Assembly: GCA_963702205.1 (NCBI GenBank)
Contig: OY969724.1
Coordinates: 2,720,001 to 2,784,000, forward strand
Reading direction: 5' to 3'
Origin: an uncultured candidate division Zixibacteria bacterium
GTDB lineage: Bacteria; Zixibacteria; MSB-5A5; GN15; PGXB01
Length of the DNA stretch: 64,000 nucleotides
A program made the translations under genes and the position numbers. Below are positions 57,275-64,000 of the stretch, in pieces. Under the pieces are notes generated by a model. That model was not told the origin of the DNA. It saw only the letters and a list, made by a program, of their open reading frames with translations, and did not search any database. How positions within the stretch are numbered: the stretch's first letter is position 1; each line of letters starts with the position of its first letter.

Positions 57275-58474
57275 TCACAGCCTGGTTCCGGCGAGCTTGA
57301 CAATCGAATCCCCGTAACGGTCGCGAATCTTATCGACCGCCGCGTTGACATCGTGCTGTTTGTTGAGACTGACGTTTCCGAGTATGTCGAGCTGTTCGGT
57401 CATGATATGTTTTTCGAGGTGAGATACTTTCACTCCCAGAAGACGCACTGCCTTCCTGAGCCCAAATTCTTTGGGTATCAATTTACGGGCGGTTTCGAAT
57501 ATAGTTTTTCCCTGATCGGTCGGACAATTCAGCGACCTGTCTCTGGTAATGGTATTGAATTTGGAGTCACGCACTTTTATTGTGATCGTCCTCCCCACGT
57601 AACCGTACCTGCGCATCCTCCTCGCCACCCTGTCCGACAACCACAGGACGGTTGAATATATCTTTTCGATATCGGTCAGATCGTGGGCCAGGGTTGTCTC
57701 GTGCGACATCGACTTGTCTTCCGGTATAGTGTACTCATCGTGCACTATTCCGGTGTCCATGCCCCTCGCCACCACCGAAAGCCAGGACCCGTTTTTGCCG
57801 AAATACGCTTCGAGTTCCTTGTCTTTTTTGGCGGCCAGTTGCCCGATAGTGAAAATTCCGATTTTATTCAGGGAATTTTTGGTGCTTTCCCCGACTCCCC
57901 ACAGATGATTGACCGGACGATCGTAGAACAGCTTTTTGAAATCCTCGCGGTCCAGTATGGTCAAGCCATCGGGTTTGTTCTCTCCCGATCCCATCTTGGC
58001 CAGCAGCTTGGTCGGGGCTATGCCGACTGAGCAGGTAAGACCCACCCGGTCTTTTATTTCCCGTTTCATTTGCATCACCAGATTTTCAACCGTACCGAAT
58101 ATCCGGTGACACCCGGTTATATCCAGAAAAGCTTCATCGACCGAAAACGGCTCCACAATCGGTGAATAATTATCGAATATGGTCTGAAGATACGACGAGG
58201 CATAGATATAGGCATTGAGCGACCCGGAGATTATTATCGCCTGCGGACAGAGTTTCTTGGCTTTCGCCATCGACATCCCCGAATGTACCCCGTACTTGCG
58301 GGCTTCATACGAACAGGTCGAAACCACCGAGCGGTACCGTGGATCGCCGCCGACAATGACCGGTTTGCCTTTGAGACCGGGGACATTGCGTTCTTCGAGG
58401 GCCGCAAAAAAGGCGTCCATGTCCACGTGCATAATGACCCTGTCCCAGTCACGGGTTTTGTCTATTCCACCCAT
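57275..58474 (-). CDS. dinB: DNA polymerase IV (Y family)
   Basis: HVDMDAFFA, CSYEAR, SVDEAF, SVGIAP, KPDG, WGVG; C-terminal QLDIL clamp-binding motif. Confidence 0.95.
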   Translation of the reverse strand: MGGIDKTRDWDRVIMHVDMDAFFAALEERNVPGLKGKPVIVGGDPRYRSVVSTCSYEARKYGVHSGMSMAKAKKLCPQAIIISGSLNAYIYASSYLQTIFDNYSPIVEPFSVDEAFLDITGCHRIFGTVENLVMQMKREIKDRVGLTCSVGIAPTKLLAKMGSGENKPDGLTILDREDFKKLFYDRPVNHLWGVGESTKNSLNKIGIFTIGQLAAKKDKELEAYFGKNGSWLSVVARGMDTGIVHDEYTIPEDKSMSHETTLAHDLTDIEKIYSTVLWLSDRVARRMRRYGYVGRTITIKVRDSKFNTITRDRSLNCPTDQGKTIFETARKLIPKEFGLRKAVRLLGVKVSHLEKHIMTEQLDILGNVSLNKQHDVNAAVDKIRDRYGDSIVKLAGTRL

Positions 58475-58710
58475 ATTTTGCTGATCATCCAGCTTGTCTG
58501 ACGTTCATCGAACGTAAGCTGGAAAAAATTCGAGGAGTTGTCCACCACCGCGTAATGGTGCACTTTGTACGCCCCGATATCCGTTTTCCAGTCTCCGGTG
58601 ATTTCGCTTATTTTATAGGTCCGGCCGTTCCAGCGAAAGCGCACCGGTTTCATTTTATGATTTTCGAATAACGCGATCACATCGACCGGCTCATCCATAT
58701 CCTGATACAT
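58462..58710 (-). CDS. small beta-rich protein (DUF6504 / ImuB C-terminal-like)
   Basis: 82 aa: EPVDV..P.RFRWNGRTY.I.EITGDW..HHY..FQL.FD..W; overlaps the dinB start. Confidence 0.65.
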   Translation of the reverse strand: MYQDMDEPVDVIALFENHKMKPVRFRWNGRTYKISEITGDWKTDIGAYKVHHYAVVDNSSNFFQLTFDERQTSWMISKIWVE

Positions 58711-58736
58711 TCCACCAAACGCCCTCACCCCTCTTA

Positions 58737-58771
58737 GTAGGTCGGGTTCCGAGTCTTCGAGAAACCCGACA
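58737..58771 (+). repeat. GTAG-family REP 1
   Basis: GTAG-GTCGGGTT..AACCCGAC-A. Confidence 0.85.
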
Positions 58772-58777
58772 AAACAA

Positions 58778-59257
58778 TCATTCGCCAAACTCGCCGTTAA
58801 ATTTTATTTCTTTTTCAACACCCCAACCACGTTCATAAAAACCATTATTGTGGTATTCGCATAATGACGAATATTGATAGGCAAAGGGGTCATTTGCATG
58901 ATTGTGTTTTACGGGGTTATAGTGGATATAATCAAGATGATCATTGTAATCATCTTGGTCACGAATAAAATGATCCCAAAATCGATTTTGCAAGACTCGT
59001 CCGGGTCTGAATTTATTGCGAAATAACCGAGAGTATTTAATCTTAAATTTGTGGATTAACTCCGATATTGAAAATTTTCCGCAATTTATCAGAATATGAC
59101 AAAGGTCCGGCAACACGACCCAAGCCTTCGGCCTTATCAAATCCCAGCTTTGCCAAAAGAGATTTATATCAAAGTGAAGAATTTGCTCTCTATTGTATGT
59201 TACAATGGTGACAAAATAATCAGCATCTTCTATGTTGTACCTGCGTAGACTTTTCAT
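58778..59257 (-). CDS. REP-associated tyrosine transposase (RAYT), HUH motif altered
   Basis: YFVTIVTYNR, AWVVLPDLCH, Q.RFWDH.IRD, YIHYNPVKH, YSS; flanked by REPs. Confidence 0.9.
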   Translation of the reverse strand: MKSLRRYNIEDADYFVTIVTYNREQILHFDINLFWQSWDLIRPKAWVVLPDLCHILINCGKFSISELIHKFKIKYSRLFRNKFRPGRVLQNRFWDHFIRDQDDYNDHLDYIHYNPVKHNHANDPFAYQYSSLCEYHNNGFYERGWGVEKEIKFNGEFGE

Positions 59258-59270
59258 ATGATATTTTCTG

Positions 59271-59316
59271 TGTCGGGTTTCTCGTTCGCTTGTGCTCACT
59301 TCGGAACCCGACCTAC
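59271..59316 (-). repeat. GTAG-family REP 2
   Basis: Minus strand reads GTAGGTCGGGTTCCG..GAGAAACCCGACA. Confidence 0.85.
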
Positions 59317-59345
59317 TTTTTTATATCACATGGTCGAAGGTCAAA

Positions 59346-59397
59346 GTAGGTCGGGTTCTGAGTGAGGCATCGCAGATGCCGAGCGAAAAACCCGACA
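59346..59397 (+). repeat. GTAG-family REP 3
   Basis: GTAGGTCGGGTT..AACCCGACA with an internal GGCATC-GCA-GATGCC hairpin. Confidence 0.85.
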
Positions 59398-59535
59398 AAA
59401 TTACAAACAAATCATGTCACAAGTCATCGAGCCAAACATCAAATTTCCCCAATCACAACCCCAGCAATCTGGCCAACGGTTCGAAGCTGATCGGGAGAAG
59501 GAGCAAAATAAAAACATACCGCCACACCCGTCTCA

Positions 59536-60162
59536 TCACAGCCTCCGCATCAACCCGACCACTTTGCCAGCGATGTAAAATCCCGGCGCATCGGCCCGGA
59601 CCATAATCGGCGCATACCGCTCATTGGCCGGTTGAAGACGCACCGTCCCTCTTTCCGGGTAGTACCGCTTGACTGTCGCTTCCTCGCCGATCACCGCCAC
59701 GACTATATCGCCCGGCTCGGCGTCATCCTGCTTTTTGACCAGCACCAGGTCGCCATCGTAAATCCCGGCGTCGATCATCGAATCCCCGACCACCCGCAGC
59801 GTGAACGTCTCCCCGCTCGGCAGAAACGATTCATCGACCGCGTAAAAATCCTCGCGGTTTTCGACCGCGGTCAGAGGCACACCGGCCGGGACCGTGCCGA
59901 CGAGCGGGACGGTGCGGATTTTCGCGGCCATCTCGCCGGGAATCTTCCTGACCAGCTCGATCCCGCGCGAAATCAGGCTCTGGCGGGCGATATATCCTTT
60001 TTTGGTCAGCGCTTCGAGATGCGCCCGCACCCCGTTGGTGGAGCTGATATCGAACTCCTCGCCGATTTCGCGGATTGTCGGGGCCCGTCCCGACTCGGTC
60101 ACCATCCGCTCGATATATTCCAGAATCTGCCGCTGCCTGACTGTCAGCCTGTCCTTGACCAT
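59536..60162 (-). CDS. lexA: SOS transcriptional repressor LexA
   Basis: LTVRQ..PTIREIG wHTH, VPAG cleavage site, GDSM (Ser), TVKR (Lys); AAGGAG RBS before ATG 60162. Confidence 0.96.
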   Translation of the reverse strand: MVKDRLTVRQRQILEYIERMVTESGRAPTIREIGEEFDISSTNGVRAHLEALTKKGYIARQSLISRGIELVRKIPGEMAAKIRTVPLVGTVPAGVPLTAVENREDFYAVDESFLPSGETFTLRVVGDSMIDAGIYDGDLVLVKKQDDAEPGDIVVAVIGEEATVKRYYPERGTVRLQPANERYAPIMVRADAPGFYIAGKVVGLMRRL

Positions 60163-60200
60163 ATTTTTACTCCTTTTTGGTCCTGTAACTTCCTGCAAAA

Positions 60201-60229
60201 TATATACTGCACGGACGTTCACCTGTCAA
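60201..60229 (-). promoter_or_regulatory. lexA promoter with candidate LexA operator in the spacer
   Basis: TTGACA (60229-60224), 17 bp, TATATA (60206-60201); imperfect palindrome TGAAC-GTCC-GTGCA at 60221-60208. Confidence 0.75.
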
Positions 60230-60339
60230 TCAAAAATATCGGAATTGAAGCCTGGAAGCTTAAGATGTGATACTGGAAATGTGATATTAAAAAGCGGAGC
60301 CCGGAACTAATACAGGGCCCCGCTGCTCAAATTGGTTTT

Positions 60340-61776
60340 CTACATACATCTCGGCGGGGCCGGACCCGTCGGGACGCCATAAATGTAATCTATCAAATAC
60401 AATATATCGATGAGATTTATTAACCCGTCGGTTACCACGTCGCCCTGGGCGAAATCACCCGGCTCCGGTCCGGAAGGAGTTCCGTATACATGATCGATCA
60501 GGAACAAAACATCGAGAAGATTCAGGTCACCGTCGGCGTTAACATCCCCGCAACAAGCAATGACGTTGAAATATACGTTGCAATAGGTTGTATCCTCGGC
60601 CCGGTCGCTGAAACCGGCGAGAACTTCATAGAGAGCTTCACCGTCGTTGCCGTCATCGGTGAAAGTAATCATCCCGGCCGGACCGCTGATAGTGGCTCGT
60701 TCCCCGGCATCGTCGACCAGATCATAGGACAGATAGTCGCCGGTGTTGATATCGGTGACCTGAAACGGGAATTTGACCGAAGTTCCGATACAGCAATCTA
60801 TCGTATCACCGCAGTTGGCGGTTACGGTCGGTGGCGTATTTATTATATTCAGCGTAAAATTGCAGGCATGGTCGATCACCTCATGGTCATAAAGTATGGA
60901 ATATTTATCAATAGCCAATAGCTGAACATCATAGGATCCAAGCATATCATACCCAGCATCGAATGACCAGTCAACAGATGCTCCCCCACCGCTACTACCT
61001 ATCGAGTCAGTTATAACGATATTTCCCAAATTCGCTGATGCTCCGGATAACTTGTTACCCGGATCACAAAACAAGTCGACACTAACTTCCATCGAAATAG
61101 TATCTTTTTTATTTGTCCCCCAATTTATATCCAGATTACCTGACGGGCATCCAGACACAAACCGTGGGGCGTCATCACAATCAATGTCCGCAACCATAGT
61201 GCAATATGGACCTCCAAACGGTCCTGATGCAGGCTGCCATAGCCAATCAAGTGATGGGTCAGAATGCGCTATTGAATCGATACATAATTGCAAATAGTCA
61301 ATTAACGGTGAAACGTAATCGGTACTGGCATGAAACCTGTAGACCAAAAGCTCGCCTTCATCGTCTTGCCAACCATTACTTGTCGTCCAAGTCGTATGAT
61401 TTATTGTATCCGGAAGAATACCGTCCCAACTCGACACATGGATTTCATTTCCTCCAAGGAACCTGTCTCCGTCAGGACCGAATCCATTCAGGATTTGGAC
61501 CGAACCTCCCGTTTCCTGAAGCCCACCGGCGTTGACCCAGTAAATTCGCTCGACACCGTCATTTTGGGGACCATAAATGCATAATGGAATACTAAAACCA
61601 TTTCTTTGGGCGTCTGTATTATTCATATATATGTCGATTGTAAAGTAACGGCCACCCGGAATATATTGTCCGCCACCGAAAAACCGACTATTAAACTCCA
61701 CCCTGAAATCCACGGCCGAAGCTGCGGAACAAAAGACTAAGACGATAACGCTTGCCAATAGAAACCTTCTGGACAT
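60340..61776 (-). CDS. secreted protein with cohesin-like/Ig-like domains and C-terminal dockerin-like domain
   Basis: Signal peptide; FTIDIYMNN..GFSIPL; NTPP Ig-like repeat; CGDVNADGDLNLLDVLFLID..GDVVTDGLINLIDILYLIDY. Confidence 0.75.
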   Translation of the reverse strand: MSRRFLLASVIVLVFCSAASAVDFRVEFNSRFFGGGQYIPGGRYFTIDIYMNNTDAQRNGFSIPLCIYGPQNDGVERIYWVNAGGLQETGGSVQILNGFGPDGDRFLGGNEIHVSSWDGILPDTINHTTWTTSNGWQDDEGELLVYRFHASTDYVSPLIDYLQLCIDSIAHSDPSLDWLWQPASGPFGGPYCTMVADIDCDDAPRFVSGCPSGNLDINWGTNKKDTISMEVSVDLFCDPGNKLSGASANLGNIVITDSIGSSGGGASVDWSFDAGYDMLGSYDVQLLAIDKYSILYDHEVIDHACNFTLNIINTPPTVTANCGDTIDCCIGTSVKFPFQVTDINTGDYLSYDLVDDAGERATISGPAGMITFTDDGNDGEALYEVLAGFSDRAEDTTYCNVYFNVIACCGDVNADGDLNLLDVLFLIDHVYGTPSGPEPGDFAQGDVVTDGLINLIDILYLIDYIYGVPTGPAPPRCM

Positions 61777-62015
61777 TTTAGCCTCCCAAATGCTTTGCCG
61801 AATTCGAAAGAATCGACGAATATGCTACTATTGAAAAATAAGGAATTTTAAGAATGGGTCAAGATTAAATGACAATCGCGGACAATAATATCTAATAACA
61901 TAATCGATTATTTTCCTGAGATTTACATCGGAGTCCACTAAATCAAAAAACCTGTTGAAAAACTTTTTAAAATCCCTATTTTTATAGTTTATATTTTTTC
62001 GAGGAATTGAGGATT

Positions 62016-63305
62016 ATGAAAGTATTGGTTATTGGTTCCGGAGGACGCGAGCACGCCCTGGCGTGGAAACTTCGCGGCTCCCGGCTTGTCAAAAAAGTAT
62101 TCGTCGCCCCCGGGAACGCCGGCATTGGCTTGATCGCCGAATGTGTCAATATCAAGGCCGATGACATCAAAGGTCTGGCGGATTTCGCGGCCAAAAATAA
62201 AATCTCGCTGACCGTGGTTGGCCCGGAACAGCCGCTTACGGCGGGAATTGTCGATGAATTCAAGAAACGTAAACTTCGCATAATCGGCCCGGTTCAGGCG
62301 GCCGCACGAATCGAGGGCTCCAAGGCCTTCGCCAAAGAATTTATGCGCAAATATCATATCCCGACCGCCCCGTTCCAGGTCTTTGAAGACGCCAACACGG
62401 CAATTACATTCGTGAAATCATCGCAAATGCCGATTGTGGTAAAAGCCGATGGCCTTGCCGCCGGCAAAGGCGTTATCGTGGCCGCGACCCTGGATGAAGC
62501 GGTCGAATCTATTAATCAAATCATGGTCGAGAAAATTTTCGGTGCGGCCGGAGACAAGGTTGTCATTGAGACATGTCTCGAAGGCCAGGAACTGTCCATG
62601 ATGTGCTTTACCGACGGCAAGACCGTCAAGGTTATGCTGCCGTCACAGGATCATAAGCAGATTGGCGAAGGCGACACCGGTCTCAATACGGGCGGTATGG
62701 GTGCCTATTGTCCGGTGCCGTTCGTCGACGATTCCATGCGGGATTTTGTGGTCGAACACATTCTCGAACCGGTCGTGCGCGGCATGGCCGCCGAAGGACA
62801 CCCTTATAAGGGCATCCTCTATGCGGGTCTGATGATTACGCCGTCGGGTCCGAAAGTCATGGAATTCAATTGCCGTTTCGGTGACCCGGAAACTCAGGCG
62901 GTTCTGTCTCTTTTAAAATCTGACCTGGCTGATATATTCATCGCCATGATCGACGGCAACCTCGATGCGTTCGGTGATTTGAAATGGGACGACGGCGCCG
63001 CGGCCTGTGTCGTTTTGGCATCACGCGGATATCCCCAAAAGGCGGAAACCGGCAAGCGAATATATGGTTTAAGAAACTACAGTGATAAAAAGTGTTATTT
63101 GTTCCATTCCGGGACGAGAAAAGACGGCAAACAATGGCTTACGGATGGTGGCCGTGTGGTCGGCGTAACCGGGACAGATAAGGATCTGAAAACGGCTTTA
63201 AACAGAGCTTATGAAGTAGTCGAGAATATCACATTCGACGGCATGTATTTCCGCAACGACATCGGTTTCAAAGCCGGAGCGAAATTCGAAAAGGTTGGAG
63301 TATAA
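62016..63305 (+). CDS. purD: phosphoribosylamine--glycine ligase
   Basis: GSGGREHAL, APGNAG, EGSKAFAK, KADGLAAGKGV, QDHK, NTGGMGAY, EFNCRFGDPE. Confidence 0.97.
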   Translation: MKVLVIGSGGREHALAWKLRGSRLVKKVFVAPGNAGIGLIAECVNIKADDIKGLADFAAKNKISLTVVGPEQPLTAGIVDEFKKRKLRIIGPVQAAARIEGSKAFAKEFMRKYHIPTAPFQVFEDANTAITFVKSSQMPIVVKADGLAAGKGVIVAATLDEAVESINQIMVEKIFGAAGDKVVIETCLEGQELSMMCFTDGKTVKVMLPSQDHKQIGEGDTGLNTGGMGAYCPVPFVDDSMRDFVVEHILEPVVRGMAAEGHPYKGILYAGLMITPSGPKVMEFNCRFGDPETQAVLSLLKSDLADIFIAMIDGNLDAFGDLKWDDGAAACVVLASRGYPQKAETGKRIYGLRNYSDKKCYLFHSGTRKDGKQWLTDGGRVVGVTGTDKDLKTALNRAYEVVENITFDGMYFRNDIGFKAGAKFEKVGV

Positions 63306-63308
63306 AAT

Positions 63309-63734
63309 ATGCCGAAAGTGCTTATAATGATCGGCTCGAAATCGGACCAGGAATACGCCGATGCCTGCTCCGGAGTCCTAAATAACCTCGGAATCGAAAA
63401 TTCACTGGAAATATCATCGGCGCATCGTCAGCCGGACCGGACCGACGATCTTGCGAAAAATTCCGCGCAAAACGGATTCGAGGTCGTTATATGTATGGCC
63501 GGTATGGCCGCGGCCCTGCCCGGAGTTGTCGCCGCTCGAACCAAACTTCCCGTGATAGGGGTGCCTCTTCCCGCAGCGCTGGATGGTATGGATTCACTTC
63601 TGGCCATAGCCCAGATGCCGTCGGGCATTCCCGTGGCAACTATGGCCATCGGGAAGGCCGGGGCGAAAAACGCCGCGTTTTTGGCGGCCCGGATTTTGGG
63701 TATTAAATATCCCGATATCGCCGCCAAACTGTGA
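63309..63734 (+). CDS. purE: N5-carboxyaminoimidazole ribonucleotide mutase / AIR carboxylase
   Basis: GSKSD, SAHR, AGMAAALPG, PVIGVP, QMPSGIPVAT, NAA. Confidence 0.95.
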   Translation: MPKVLIMIGSKSDQEYADACSGVLNNLGIENSLEISSAHRQPDRTDDLAKNSAQNGFEVVICMAGMAAALPGVVAARTKLPVIGVPLPAALDGMDSLLAIAQMPSGIPVATMAIGKAGAKNAAFLAARILGIKYPDIAAKL

Positions 63735-63804
63735 CCGGCATTTTTTTAAACGTCCCGGCGGACAAAATTGTAGAATGTTAAAAGAACCGAAAGGAGATAA
63801 ACGC

Positions 63805-64000
63805 ATGATTCGACATGGAAACCTGAAGCTGGCAACCTATCCCCTCATGCTATTAATCTTCCTGTTTGCATCAGTCGCCATGGCCGACACGGAAAAGGCC
63901 AAAGAACATTTTAATTTGGGATTGAAAGCGCAGCAGGAAGGCAACGACAGTCTGGCATTCGGAGAATATATTAATGCCGTAAACGAAGACGGCAATTTCC
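63805..64000 (+). CDS. secreted TPR-like protein, truncated by the window end
   Basis: AAGGAG RBS, signal peptide, then AKEHFNLGL..A..EY..AV. Confidence 0.6.
   Translation, partial: MIRHGNLKLATYPLMLLIFLFASVAMADTEKAKEHFNLGLKAQQEGNDSLAFGEYINAVNEDGNF

Noticed and set aside
63309..63749. TGA readthrough extending the short PurE
   Set aside because: Another stop follows after four codons; all core motifs are already present.

Overview
Bacterial chromosomal window, most genes on the minus strand between ~9.4 and ~61.8 kb. It is probably from an FCB-superphylum diderm such as Zixibacteria; this is inferred from four secreted proteins with near-identical C-terminal dockerin-like tails plus LptD/BamD/LolA, and was not verified by search. 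It is mostly housekeeping (purU, hisS, polA, coaE, nadD, rimO, ftsK, hup, argS, dapF, purD, purE, transketolase, aminotransferases) with four tRNA genes (His, Phe, Thr, Leu), none encoding CCA. It also holds an intact IS256 that splits an AT-rich gene, REP/MITE clusters, and a RAYT with GTAG REPs inside a lexA-small ORF-dinB cassette. Most notable: (1) a tRNA-His with no encoded G-1 and with G1:U72/A73, next to a HisRS resembling the alphaproteobacterial G-1-independent type; (2) a run of intact-ORF enzyme homologues with lost or altered catalytic residues (pseudo-AroA, pseudo-M2/M3 lipoprotein, pseudo-M1 peptidase, Ser/Ser DapF); (3) a candidate LexA operator intermediate between the Gram-positive and Fibrobacter boxes; (4) a long OstA/LptA-LptD fusion; (5) a non-cellulosomal cohesin/dockerin-like set. 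Two single-base frameshifts (lptD, dipeptide epimerase) may be sequencing errors. Family assignments come from motif recognition only; no searches were run.
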